Positions 36,598-46,086 are shown, counted from the stretch's first letter. The stretch: 64,000 nt of DNA from a bacterium (GCA_020444265.1 JAHLLH010000009.1:8427-72426), one strand, 5' to 3'. The notes: generated by a model not told the origin, from the letters alone. Translations and numbers: made by a program.

Positions 36598-37683
36598 TTA
36601 GGCGGACACTGCGAAGAATTGGCCGGGGAGCATTGCCTGCTCAAGGGTGAAGCTCTCGTTCAGGCTGGGAGTTGAGTCTTCTGAGCTCGGGGACGCGGGA
36701 ATCGATTGGGATTGATAGGCGCTTGCGACACGAGCATAGGGGTTGGAGCCTGTCGTGGAAGGCGCGGCATTCTTCTGCTCGTCGTTCTTCGGAACGATGA
36801 ACTCCCCATCCTCGCCTGCTTTTCTTTCTTCGACTTCGGACGCAGGCTGATGACCCATGCTGACGCGGGCTTCATCAGACCCTTGCTGGGCGATTTCCTG
36901 ACGTGCTTCGGCGGCGACACGATTGGCCTTGTTGGCGACTGCACGATCTTGGCCGGAGGGCTCGGCGGGGGCGAGGGCGGCGCGAGCTGCCTGTTCCGCC
37001 TGCCGTAACCGTTCTTCCGGTGTATCCCCACCAAAGCTGATGTTCACATCGCCGGCGACGGCGTAGTGGTGGCCATCCGGACCACGTTCCGTCTCGAAGT
37101 TCGCGCCGCCGTTTGCAAGGGATCCGGCAGCGGCGAGGTGGGCCTGTTCGTGGGCACGCACTTCCAGATCGCGCGCCTTCATCTCCTGCACGTCTTTCTT
37201 CTCGTCCTCGCTCAACTCACCGTTGAACGATTCCGAGCCGGTCTGCGAGGAGTCCTCGTCGCTTTCCTGCGGCTGGCTGACACCGGCGACTGCACCGCTG
37301 GGCTGGCCAGGATGCGGGGATTCGTCAGAGGTGGGTGAGCTTTCCCCGTGCGCATGGGATGATGTCTGGCTGCTCTGCGGTGTGAAGCCATTCGGTGATG
37401 GAACAGGGCGTTCTGCCGCCGTGAGGGGATCGTTCGCCTTGTTCTGCTCGATCTGGCCGATGTTCTGTGGTTGACGTGCCAACGCGAGGGCTTCGCTGGA
37501 GAGTTCGGTGCGGTCGCTGTAGGTGCAGCAGGAGAAGCCAGACTGGCCACACTTCGGGCAGACATTGGACTCCTCCGCAGGACGTCCCGTCAACCCGGAG
37601 AGCAGCGCACCGTTCCGGATCACTACCGCCGGACCGTTGACCTGCACTCCGTTCGTGTGTGCTTCCACTCTCACCAGCTTCAC
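36598..37683 (-). CDS. Low-complexity protein with an N-terminal Cys cluster and a VRAHEQAHLAAAG...GPDGHHYAVAGDVNISFG motif (putative HExxH metalloprotease-like, SprA-related-type)
   Basis: An HEQAH motif is followed by a GPDG...YAV.GDV block. The sequence is rich in S/P/Q/E/A, and CPKCGQSGFSCC lies near the N-terminus. Confidence 0.4.
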   Translation of the reverse strand: MKLVRVEAHTNGVQVNGPAVVIRNGALLSGLTGRPAEESNVCPKCGQSGFSCCTYSDRTELSSEALALARQPQNIGQIEQNKANDPLTAAERPVPSPNGFTPQSSQTSSHAHGESSPTSDESPHPGQPSGAVAGVSQPQESDEDSSQTGSESFNGELSEDEKKDVQEMKARDLEVRAHEQAHLAAAGSLANGGANFETERGPDGHHYAVAGDVNISFGGDTPEERLRQAEQAARAALAPAEPSGQDRAVANKANRVAAEARQEIAQQGSDEARVSMGHQPASEVEERKAGEDGEFIVPKNDEQKNAAPSTTGSNPYARVASAYQSQSIPASPSSEDSTPSLNESFTLEQAMLPGQFFAVSA

Positions 37684-37888
37684 TCCTGCCGTTCAACAGC
37701 AATCAGGGCGCACTCCATCCCCTGGACAGAGTCCCCCCTCATCTTTCCTATCGGCGGAGTGGTTCGAGAGCTTGAGAGACGGGAGGAGAGATTCGGGGAC
37801 TGTATACAAAATCCGGGGTAGAAACGATTCCGTTCCCGAGACCGTTGGGTGCGAGATTTTGTATGCTGTTCCCGAATCGATGATAGGG

Positions 37889-40270
37889 CTATTTAATGAG
37901 AGTGATCTTCCTTGTCACCACTCTTGAGGAAGTTTCTAGTTTGATAAAATAGGAGCCTGTTGGCCAGGATGAAGCGTCGAGTCGAAGGTTGTAGACACCG
38001 GGCGTTTTTACAGCGTCCAGCAGAGTTGCCATTTCCCGTCCTTGAATATTGTACACCCTGACCTTAACCTTCTCGGTCTTTCCAATGGTGATGGAAATCC
38101 GAGTTTCCGAATTGAACGGATTCGGATAGGCTTGCAGAAGTGTGTGATCTTGTGGATGCAGTGGGATGACTTCATCATCGACCGATACAATTTGTGCCAC
38201 ATCCATGTACATCAAGCCGAGCGCGGTAGATACCCACACTTTTTCGCTGGCCTGATCGTACGTCAGTCCCCTGATTTTAATGAATTGATCGTAGTAGGGA
38301 AGCTCAGACTGATCCGTGTCAAGTCGTTCCCACTGATCCCCTTGATTGGAGACGAGATACATTCCCTCCCTAATATCGAAAGGATCTCCAATTCGTCTGG
38401 ATAGAAGAATATGCGAAGGTGATGTTGGAAGTAATGTAACGCTTGAGGGTTGAAAAATATAGCCTGCGGTCCTGTCCCAAATCCCCTCACTATGACGCCA
38501 CAGACTTCTTGATGCGAACACATAAAAGGATTGATCAGTCGTATCGGCGACTCCATGAATTGGCCAGAGCTGTAGTTGCTCTATCTCTGGGAAATCCATG
38601 TCCTGCCATGTGGCTCCAAAGTCCGTGCTGGAGAAGATGCCATTTGGTGCAAGTGCATAGAGTACATCATCGCCATAGGCGAAGGAGACGACAAATGCCC
38701 ACCCATCCGTTGTGATCCAGGTCTGTCCTGAATCGATCGAGACATCCGTCGTCCAGGATGATTCTAATTCACGGCTTAGCGCGATGATTGAACGATCCGC
38801 TGTCTCGAATAGATCAGGCACAAGCGTCATGCTAGCATGGTTTATACCCGGAGTAAGACTTGTTCCGTACTCGTCCCAGGAGGATCCATTGTCATAACTA
38901 ACGACTGGATGAACGGTTGTAAGTTCTGACTCGACAACGTGTTTTTCACAGAGAGATATTAATTTTGACTGATCTTCCAGAATGACAGGTAACGGGTATA
39001 CAAGAGTGTCGACGGATTCTGGTAAGAGTGAAATTCTCTGCCAATCATTCGTTTCCGATTCATAGAGGTACATCATTCTATCACGTTCACCCCTTGCTAC
39101 GATTCCATTCGTAATAATTTGAAAGTGCATCATTTTGCCAAAGGGAAGTCCAATATTAAATTCTTCCCAGCTGTTCCCGGAGTTATCTGAGGCCCATATC
39201 CCTCGATCCATTGAGCAGATGTACGTTGTTTCGGTATAGGAGTTAACCGAAATTCCTGCGATCACGTTCATGTCTGATGGAAGACCATTTGGATTTCGAG
39301 AAAAGGTTTCCGCGTAATCATTGCTTATGTATACTCCTCGCCCTGTGTTCAGGTAGATTGATCCCCTGACTAGTACAGTGCCATCAGCATGCGGGTCTTC
39401 CACAATTTGTTCAGATAAATTATTGTAGGGTAGGCCAGCATCTGCAGTCGTCCATGAATCCCCCCCATCCAGACTACGAAAGATGGAATCGCAGGCGAAG
39501 TATTCAAGGGGTGGGAACTCGTCATACGAGTGGGACGCCACGGCGACCAGATCACCATTTCCCAGGAAGGTCATGCTCTCAACGGCTGCGCCGGGATGGG
39601 TGATCAGGGTATCCAGATCAAACAGGGGAGACCAAGTCTGATTGAAGTCAGTGGACCTGTAAATGCCGAATTCACGATGTGAGCCAAGGGACAGTCCACT
39701 CAGGTAGAACGTGCTGTCTTGAACGGGATGACGGATAAAGGAAAGTTTCTGTTGGGAGTGATCATCATAGAGTGTGTTTGTCCATGTTTCACCGAAATCC
39801 TCCGAAATACAGATGAAGGCAGCGTTTGTAGCAATTAAGCGGTTGTGATTGTTTCTGTCCACGAGGAGATGATGACTGAGTGAACCCGCATCATGGACCG
39901 GAAAAATTGGATTCCAAGCTTCGCCGTTCATCGTACTAAAAGCCCAAGCCCAACGCTGAGCTGGCGAAAATGACATCATGGCAAAAACGGTGTCCGCATC
40001 TTGGTCGAACGCGACAATTTTGTGAGTTAATCCAATTTTAAATGACTGATCTGGATGAATAAGCTCATTTATCGGCTGCCAGCTCTGGCCAGCGTCATTG
40101 GATTCCCATATCCCTCCGTCTAACAAACCAACGTATTGTCGTGTTCCATCTTCGCTCATCGCAATGGATGAGAAGGCTGGAACAGGACCATTTGTGTTCG
40201 CCCAAGCATACACGGCGAGAGGGATAAGTAACAACGAGGAAAATCCACCAAATCTTAAGAGTCGTCGCAT
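37889..40270 (-). CDS. BNR/Asp-box repeat beta-propeller protein (sortilin/VPS10-like) with a T9SS C-terminal sorting domain, copy 1
   Basis: A signal peptide is present and at least nine S-x-D-x-G-x-(T/S)-W Asp-box repeats follow (SNDAGQSW, SEDFGETW, SLDGGDSW, ...). The C-terminus (YPNPFNSETRISIT...RKITLIK) matches the Por sorting-domain pattern. The product is 793 aa. Confidence 0.8.
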   Translation of the reverse strand: MRRLLRFGGFSSLLLIPLAVYAWANTNGPVPAFSSIAMSEDGTRQYVGLLDGGIWESNDAGQSWQPINELIHPDQSFKIGLTHKIVAFDQDADTVFAMMSFSPAQRWAWAFSTMNGEAWNPIFPVHDAGSLSHHLLVDRNNHNRLIATNAAFICISEDFGETWTNTLYDDHSQQKLSFIRHPVQDSTFYLSGLSLGSHREFGIYRSTDFNQTWSPLFDLDTLITHPGAAVESMTFLGNGDLVAVASHSYDEFPPLEYFACDSIFRSLDGGDSWTTADAGLPYNNLSEQIVEDPHADGTVLVRGSIYLNTGRGVYISNDYAETFSRNPNGLPSDMNVIAGISVNSYTETTYICSMDRGIWASDNSGNSWEEFNIGLPFGKMMHFQIITNGIVARGERDRMMYLYESETNDWQRISLLPESVDTLVYPLPVILEDQSKLISLCEKHVVESELTTVHPVVSYDNGSSWDEYGTSLTPGINHASMTLVPDLFETADRSIIALSRELESSWTTDVSIDSGQTWITTDGWAFVVSFAYGDDVLYALAPNGIFSSTDFGATWQDMDFPEIEQLQLWPIHGVADTTDQSFYVFASRSLWRHSEGIWDRTAGYIFQPSSVTLLPTSPSHILLSRRIGDPFDIREGMYLVSNQGDQWERLDTDQSELPYYDQFIKIRGLTYDQASEKVWVSTALGLMYMDVAQIVSVDDEVIPLHPQDHTLLQAYPNPFNSETRISITIGKTEKVKVRVYNIQGREMATLLDAVKTPGVYNLRLDASSWPTGSYFIKLETSSRVVTRKITLIK

Positions 40271-40396
40271 TTGTCTAATCCTATATATCCACCAAACGAA
40301 CAGTCATCGACGTATATACTATCTATTCGTGTGTACTGGATAAGCAACACTGAGAAATAGAATATGCACCTTTTTAACACGAATCTTCCAAATCAA

Positions 40397-40422
40397 CCAG
40401 GCGGTCTTTGAAGACCGCCTGG
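40397..40422 (-). terminator. Terminator hairpin (CCAGGCGGTCTT-TG-AAGACCGCCTGG) downstream of the small secreted-protein gene
   Basis: A 12-bp perfect stem is followed on the minus strand by TTGATTTGG. Confidence 0.6.
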
Positions 40423-40432
40423 TGATAAAATA

Positions 40433-40846
40433 CTAAATCGGGGGAAGTACATTTGCCCAAAGATGGTAGGCACCGCTCCAATTCGAAGCGCCAGCGATGC
40501 TAATCGTCCAATACTGACACCCACCATAGTTCACGCGGACAACATCAGACTGGGCAGGGTTACCATTGCTTGTGGCAGCAAAGCAATAGCCCTCTTCAAT
40601 GTCAGGCATTTTATACAGCGCCCCAGGCGTAAGGCAACCTGCCAGATTGCCAGTTCCTACAGTTCCAGGGACTATTTTGCCTTGACTATCCAATGAGCCG
40701 CCTAACGTGAGAAACGTGCTCGAGTTACTTCCTTGGCCAAGCGATAGGGTAACTGAATCTACGTTTTGCCAGCGTGCTTCCGCAGTTCCAGTGAAGCCAA
40801 TCAGCAAAAGGAGCACTGCCAGGAGTACAATTGCAGGATACTTCAT
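40433..40846 (-). CDS. Hypothetical small secreted protein (137 aa, 4 Cys) in a lower-GC stretch
   Basis: A signal peptide (MKYPAIVLLAVLLLLIGFTGTAEA) is present and no motifs were recognised. Local GC is visibly lower than the surroundings. Confidence 0.45.
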   Translation of the reverse strand: MKYPAIVLLAVLLLLIGFTGTAEARWQNVDSVTLSLGQGSNSSTFLTLGGSLDSQGKIVPGTVGTGNLAGCLTPGALYKMPDIEEGYCFAATSNGNPAQSDVVRVNYGGCQYWTISIAGASNWSGAYHLWANVLPPI

Positions 40847-41013
40847 GATTCACCTCATAGTGTGTTACAACTCATCGAGGCCAATTTCATTTCCGGCCGG
40901 AAGAGACCTCCTGTATAAACTGTTTACAAGTTCGGGGGGGGCAAGAGAAATGCGAGTTTAATGTAAAATAATAATTCAAGACTCCTCCCGGAGGAGATTC
41001 CATTCAACCGTAA

Positions 41014-41037
41014 CGCCCCTGCCTAGCGGCAGGGGCG
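41014..41037 (-). terminator. Terminator hairpin CGCCCCTGCC-TAGC-GGCAGGGGCG downstream of the YeeE-rhodanese gene
   Basis: The stem is a perfect 10 bp. A second small hairpin and a T-rich tract follow on the minus strand. Confidence 0.55.
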
Positions 41038-41065
41038 CAGAATCACCCGGGCAGTGCTTGCCAGA

Positions 41066-42241
41066 TCAGCAGCCGCCTTGGACCTTTTTGATGGTTGGGG
41101 GTGCGACATCGGTGGCGTCGGCCCGTTTCGCGATCTCGTCCAGTTTGCCACCATTGCGTAGGAAGAAGGTCCCCAACATGCCGTCGAGCTGGTCCGGGGT
41201 TTCCATTCCAGTATGGTAGAGGGCATACCCTTCAGTGTAGACCGCTTGACGTTTCGAGTCACCCAGTTCACGGCTGAGCACGGCTGCCTTACGGGCTTCT
41301 TCCTCCGTCGCTCCGTAAAAGAGGTACTCCTTGCCCGGCTCCCGCAGCACGGTACGCCATCTCGCGTCGGCCAGGGAGGCGAGGGGGATGTTCATCGCGG
41401 TGGCAATGTGACCGTTCTCGTAGGCCGCCTTGTCGCGGACGTCGATGATCTTCAGGCTGATGTCCTGCTCCAGCAAGCGCATTGCCACTTCCTCGAGCGG
41501 GATCGTTTCGATCTGCTGCGCTTTTACTTCCCAGCCATCATGGGCGATGGTCGCCAGCGCCTGGGATTTTTTATCCGTCATGACAATCAGGGCGGCGGCG
41601 AGGACGACGGCGACGGCAGCGTAAGCTGCGGGACGGGGCTGGGTCCAGAAGTGACGGATGGGTCGTTTGTTGACACGATCCTCGACAATGGTCGTCGCCG
41701 CGAAGGCAACAATTGCTACCACGGCCACCAGCAGGATGAAGAGGCCACGATTCATACCGAAGGCCTGCGGCACGGTGAGTGGGCCGTAGTTGTCCGCAAC
41801 GAGGAAGTCCGCGAAGAGGGGATAGGCTTCGAGGTAGCCGAAAATGCCGATCAGGGCGCCGAGGATGAAGACCATGCCGTCAATCCGTCCGATGGCCGCC
41901 GAGCAGACACTCGTGCCGGGGCAGAAGCCGCCAAGAATGAAGCCAACACCCATGATCGCCCCGCCGACAAGTGCAGATCGCAGGAAGAGGGGGTTGACGA
42001 AGATAAGGTCGAGGTTGATCAGACCGAAGGTGGCCAGCAGGCTGACCCCGACCATCGCGGTGACACCGGCGGTGAAGAAGACACGCAGCACGACGAAGTC
42101 ATAGCCGTAGAAAAGGCCTGCCAGCTTGCGCGAATCGGAGAAGCCAGCCTGCTCCAGGACAAACCCGAAGCCCATTCCGAGGAACAACGCAATCACCAGA
42201 TTCAGCTCGGGGCTGATCAGTTCAGGGAGATAAGGTCCCAT
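41066..42241 (-). CDS. YeeE/YedE family sulfur-compound (thiosulfate-type) transporter fused to a C-terminal rhodanese-like domain that lacks the catalytic Cys
   Basis: The polytopic N-terminal part carries the YeeE/YedE motif GGFCPGTSVCSAAIG. The C-terminal ~100 aa have the rhodanese fold (IIDVRDKAAYENGHIATAMNIP), but the active-site loop reads YGATEEEA where C-R-x-G is expected. Confidence 0.7.
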   Translation of the reverse strand: MGPYLPELISPELNLVIALFLGMGFGFVLEQAGFSDSRKLAGLFYGYDFVVLRVFFTAGVTAMVGVSLLATFGLINLDLIFVNPLFLRSALVGGAIMGVGFILGGFCPGTSVCSAAIGRIDGMVFILGALIGIFGYLEAYPLFADFLVADNYGPLTVPQAFGMNRGLFILLVAVVAIVAFAATTIVEDRVNKRPIRHFWTQPRPAAYAAVAVVLAAALIVMTDKKSQALATIAHDGWEVKAQQIETIPLEEVAMRLLEQDISLKIIDVRDKAAYENGHIATAMNIPLASLADARWRTVLREPGKEYLFYGATEEEARKAAVLSRELGDSKRQAVYTEGYALYHTGMETPDQLDGMLGTFFLRNGGKLDEIAKRADATDVAPPTIKKVQGGC

Positions 42242-42262
42242 GATATCCTCCAGGGGGTCAGG

Positions 42263-42781
42263 TTAGATCCACAATTTGCGGAAGAAGAAGGCCACGGCAT
42301 ACCCGCTGCCGAAGATGGCCATCATCGTTATGAAACCGCCCGCGCTCAGCACCGCCATCCCGGATAACGCTGCGCCGCTGGTGCAGCCGCGTGCGAACTG
42401 TGCGCCGATACCGAACAATGCTCCACCAATCAGGGCGAAGACGAGCCGTTTACGGGTGGTTGTGTTCGGGCCCTTGTTGGTGATGAAGCCGAGACGGTTG
42501 CTGATCAGGCCGCTGATGAAGCCGCCTGCAACCACTCCACCGAGAAGAAACACCAGCCAGGCCTTCAAGGGGGCCGGATGCGACTGGCTATACTCGGCGA
42601 AAAAGCTGGCTTTGTCCGCATGGGCAGGGGCTATCGTTTCGGTGATCGCAACAACGATGCTCTTCAGGGCCCCGCTCGCACCCAAGCCACGACCGGTGAC
42701 AAAGATGGTGGCGGTCAGCACCAGGCCGAGCAGCACACCAGCGAAATAGGGGTTCATGTAGGGACGAGGTTTGTCGTTCAT
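42263..42781 (-). CDS. YeeE/YedE family membrane protein (single-repeat half-size form)
   Basis: The YeeE/YedE motif (GAQFARGCTSGAALSGMAV) is present on a ~170-aa hydrophobic protein. The start was chosen at MNDKPRPYMNPYFAG. Confidence 0.65.
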   Translation of the reverse strand: MNDKPRPYMNPYFAGVLLGLVLTATIFVTGRGLGASGALKSIVVAITETIAPAHADKASFFAEYSQSHPAPLKAWLVFLLGGVVAGGFISGLISNRLGFITNKGPNTTTRKRLVFALIGGALFGIGAQFARGCTSGAALSGMAVLSAGGFITMMAIFGSGYAVAFFFRKLWI

Positions 42782-42785
42782 GAGA

Positions 42786-43508
42786 TTACTCCTTCGCGTC
42801 GACTGCAAGGACGCCGACTTCTGCGCCTGTGACGGCTTGTTCTCCGTTCGTGGCGATTGCATGCGCCAGCGCAGCCTGGTTCGGATGCTGTTGCAACTCT
42901 TCCTCATCTTCCAGCTCTTCATACCCGGTGATCATCGCCTTCAGGTTGGACAGGACGGTGGTTCCGGTGGTGATGAGGTAGAGATGAGCGATGAGGAAGG
43001 CGGCCAGAGCGAAGGCTCCGATGGTGTGGACCACGGCAACCACTTCCAGCCCACCGATGTTCAGGGTTCCCATTCCCCCAGCCTGCGGGTAGCGGTAAAA
43101 CATGTAGAGCAGGCCGCTGGTCACCATGACCGGGATGACAAGAACCTTGAGGCCGAGGTAAACCAGACGCTGCAACGGGTTCAGCTTGCTCAGTTCCGTC
43201 TTGTGATGCGGGTGCGGTGCATGTTTAAAGATGCCGGTCAGGTAGAAGGCGATCTGGGCACGCAGGTTCTGACGGGTCGGCAGGTACTGACGCCATTCGC
43301 CGGTGGCATAGTGCCAGAAGATGGCGAAGACAATCAGCCCGATGAAGAGATAGGCCGCGATGTTGTGGTAGTGGACGGCATTCTCAAAGCCCATGAAACT
43401 GTACGAGCTGTGGATCTCAAAACCGGTCAGCATCAGGAATCCGATCAGCACGGCTTGCATCCAGTGCCAAAACCGCTCGAAGCTCTTGTAAATTTTGACG
43501 ACTCTCAT
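42786..43508 (-). CDS. Dihaem cytochrome b membrane subunit (Ni/Fe-hydrogenase / FdnI-type cytochrome b, HydC-like)
   Basis: The RxxHW motif (FERFWHWMQA) is present with four TM helices carrying conserved His (HYHNIAAY, HLYL). Its ATG overlaps the TGA of the octaheme gene (TGATG). Confidence 0.75.
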   Translation of the reverse strand: MRVVKIYKSFERFWHWMQAVLIGFLMLTGFEIHSSYSFMGFENAVHYHNIAAYLFIGLIVFAIFWHYATGEWRQYLPTRQNLRAQIAFYLTGIFKHAPHPHHKTELSKLNPLQRLVYLGLKVLVIPVMVTSGLLYMFYRYPQAGGMGTLNIGGLEVVAVVHTIGAFALAAFLIAHLYLITTGTTVLSNLKAMITGYEELEDEEELQQHPNQAALAHAIATNGEQAVTGAEVGVLAVDAKE

Positions 43509-45079
43509 CAGGATTCCCTCCTGTCACGTGCCCATGCAAAGAGACGGACGCTCATGTGGACAAGCACACCGATGATGCTGAGGATCAGGATTGTGCGGCC
43601 CATGAATTCCACCGAAGCGTGCGAGTCACGGCCCGGCATGTAGAAATCGGTAAGGTTGGCAAGACGGCCATTGTCAGGCGTATGGCACTCTTCACAGCTG
43701 ACAGCTTCGTCCGCCTTCGATACCATGTGGTTCACCGGCCAGTACATCTCTGTTTCAACAAAGCAGAAGTTGCCGCTGTAGGGCGCGCCCACATGTTCCA
43801 TGCCCAGTTTCGCCGCGATGTCCCAGTCGAAGTCCTGCCAGTAGCCACCTTCACCCTTCTTCTCTGCGAAGAGTTTCGGCTGGATGATCATGTTGTTTTC
43901 GCAGTCGAATATCTGCTTGGCACGGTGAATCTTCACCGGGATGATTTTCGCATCAGGGTCTGCATAATCGCCGTACAGCGTGTTCATCTTGACCACTTCC
44001 ATCGGGTCGATCACATCGCCGAGGAAATAGTGGTCCGCCGTGCCGTTGAACCAGGTGTACTCCGGCTCGAGGTTCTTTTCCCAGGTGAATTCGCCCTTGA
44101 TCGAGAGGTAGGTGTGGTTGCCATCCTCATCTTCCTCGTGGAAGGGTTCGCCATCCTTTAGACGGCCCGCTTTCGACCAGTCCCAGGAGGTCTTGGTCGC
44201 ATTGACCTTTGCGTAGACCGGGATGTGGCAGGTCTGGCAGGCGACCTTGAGGGTGTGCTCGTTCAGGATGTTTTTCGCGTGCGGTTCGCTGGTATGGCAC
44301 TGGTCGCACGTTACACGGTCCCGGTTCATCGAAGAAACGGAGTAAAGCTTGCCGCTGATCTGGTGCTTGTCGGTGACATGGCAGGCGGTGCAGTTCATGT
44401 CGGTGCCGTCATAGCCCATGTGGACATCAACATCCTGGCCCGAGGTAAGCAAGGCTTCCTCGAGGTCTCCATGTTTGACATTGTTCCCACCACCTGAATA
44501 GAAGTGGCAGGCACCGCAGTTGTCCTTCTCAGGAACTCCGACCGACCGCGCTGCGACACCGAGATCGACAGTCGCCATCGGGTAACCTGCGCCACCGCTC
44601 GCCTTGACATAGGTATCGGACTGATCATGGCAGATGAGGCAGTCAATGTTCTCCTCCACCTCGAAGTCGAAACCGGTGTCAGTCCAGCCATAGCCGGCAT
44701 GGCACTTGGTGCAACTTGTTTCCGACCCGCCAATGCCGATGCAGAAGTTGTTGATTAGATTTTTTTTCCCCACTTCGGTAATGCCACGGCCCGGGATGTA
44801 GGCTTCGCGATCCCAGTTCCAGTGGTTGGATGCCATCACCTCATGGTGACGTTCCGTGTGGCAGGAGATGCAGGTACGTGTGACATCTTGGGGACGCTCA
44901 AACGTTCCCTGCAATGCGGCCAGCTTCGCATGGTCAACACTGGCAATGTGCGGTTTGCTGTGGTCGGCACGAAGCTCTTCCAGGTTGCCTGTGCCCACGG
45001 GAGTGAAGGGGAATTCCATCACCACGAGGATCGCAATCGCAACCGCGAGGAAAAAGAGAACCTTGATGGGCCGGATCAT
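43508..45079 (-). CDS. Octaheme c-type cytochrome with a signal peptide and a C-terminal transmembrane anchor
   Basis: Eight CxxCH motifs were counted (CISCH, CTKCH, CLICH, CGACH, CTACH, CDQCH, CQTCH, CEECH). An N-terminal signal/anchor (MIRPIKVLFFLAVAIAILVV) and a C-terminal hydrophobic helix (RTILILSIIGVLVHMSVRLFAW) are present. Confidence 0.85.
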   Translation of the reverse strand: MIRPIKVLFFLAVAIAILVVMEFPFTPVGTGNLEELRADHSKPHIASVDHAKLAALQGTFERPQDVTRTCISCHTERHHEVMASNHWNWDREAYIPGRGITEVGKKNLINNFCIGIGGSETSCTKCHAGYGWTDTGFDFEVEENIDCLICHDQSDTYVKASGGAGYPMATVDLGVAARSVGVPEKDNCGACHFYSGGGNNVKHGDLEEALLTSGQDVDVHMGYDGTDMNCTACHVTDKHQISGKLYSVSSMNRDRVTCDQCHTSEPHAKNILNEHTLKVACQTCHIPVYAKVNATKTSWDWSKAGRLKDGEPFHEEDEDGNHTYLSIKGEFTWEKNLEPEYTWFNGTADHYFLGDVIDPMEVVKMNTLYGDYADPDAKIIPVKIHRAKQIFDCENNMIIQPKLFAEKKGEGGYWQDFDWDIAAKLGMEHVGAPYSGNFCFVETEMYWPVNHMVSKADEAVSCEECHTPDNGRLANLTDFYMPGRDSHASVEFMGRTILILSIIGVLVHMSVRLFAWARDRRES

Positions 45080-45711
45080 GATGCCCTCCCGGCAGGACCG
45101 TCCGTCTTGGCATCGGTCGTTGGGTTGTTGTATTCGTGGCAAAGCGATTCCAGACGGTCTCGCGAATCGTTCAAGGTCTCTTCGATCGCTACGCGGCAGG
45201 GATCACTTTCGCTCAAGGATGACTGAAGGGTTTCGAGGATGCTGTCAGCCTGTCCCATCCAATCACGGACCTGAGTGAGGACCTGCTGACGGTTGCTGTT
45301 TCGCTCGATCACAACACTCTCGATGCAGCCGCGCGCATGCAGGATGAGGTGATTGACCAGGGTGTCACGCGGGATCTCGTGGCTCTTGGACAAGTCGTTC
45401 AGCATCTGGACCGAGGAACGTTGCAGCACGAGGTTTTTGCGCTGGTTGTAGGCGGTACGGTCGCCGCTCTCGGTCGTTTCGATGCGCTGAAGTATGTCCC
45501 GGACACAGGAGTCGCTGTCCGCACCGATCTTGTTTGGGGCGAGGTCGCTTAGGGCAAGCTCAGCGATGTCACGCGCCTGCACCCCGACCTCTTCGCCCAA
45601 CCAGTTCAGCGCCTCAATCGCTTCCTCGGTCAGGGTGAACGTGGTCCGGACTTCCGGCTCACGTTTCTGGTCCAACAGGGTGCTGAACAGCTCTTTGGTT
45701 GCCATGTTCAT
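45076..45711 (-). CDS. Hypothetical cytoplasmic protein, first gene of the cytochrome operon
   Basis: The 211-aa product has no signal peptide and no recognisable motifs. Its stop overlaps the octaheme start by 4 nt. Confidence 0.45.
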   Translation of the reverse strand: MNMATKELFSTLLDQKREPEVRTTFTLTEEAIEALNWLGEEVGVQARDIAELALSDLAPNKIGADSDSCVRDILQRIETTESGDRTAYNQRKNLVLQRSSVQMLNDLSKSHEIPRDTLVNHLILHARGCIESVVIERNSNRQQVLTQVRDWMGQADSILETLQSSLSESDPCRVAIEETLNDSRDRLESLCHEYNNPTTDAKTDGPAGRAS

Positions 45712-46006
45712 GGTCTACCTACCCGTATTGTGATTTTCTGCACATAAGGTACGTGCAATGAATACGTGAAATCAAGTGCATACTCGGCAGGTGGAGTATA
45801 CGCGATTGTCCGTGTAAAGGAGTCAATGTGGGTAAGGGCGAACGGGGAATAGTGGGAAAATAAAATTGAGGACGAACTAACATTTTTTCATCGAGATTGT
45901 AACACCTTTCACATAATAGGGTTAAGGAAGATTAGTGGGTTCAAGAGGAGGCCTAACCTGATGATGAGGGACGGCTTGGTTGATCGAGGTCGGTGGTGAT
46001 ACACAC

Positions 46007-46044
46007 GAAAAACGGAGAGCCTCCGGTTGACTCGGGAGGCTCCC
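46007..46044 (-). terminator. Rho-independent terminator (GAGCCTCC...GGAGGCTC followed by TCCGTTTTT on the minus strand) after BNR gene copy 2
   Basis: The hairpin and a T5 run lie 40 nt after the stop at 46087. Confidence 0.7.
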
Positions 46045-46086
46045 TGTGATGCCTGGTGAAAGGTGTTGAACTGGTGATGCGGTAGC

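Noticed and set aside
41213-42367. 384-aa plus-strand ORF
   Set aside because: It is antisense to the YeeE/YedE genes, and its product is an acidic/glycine-rich low-complexity sequence.
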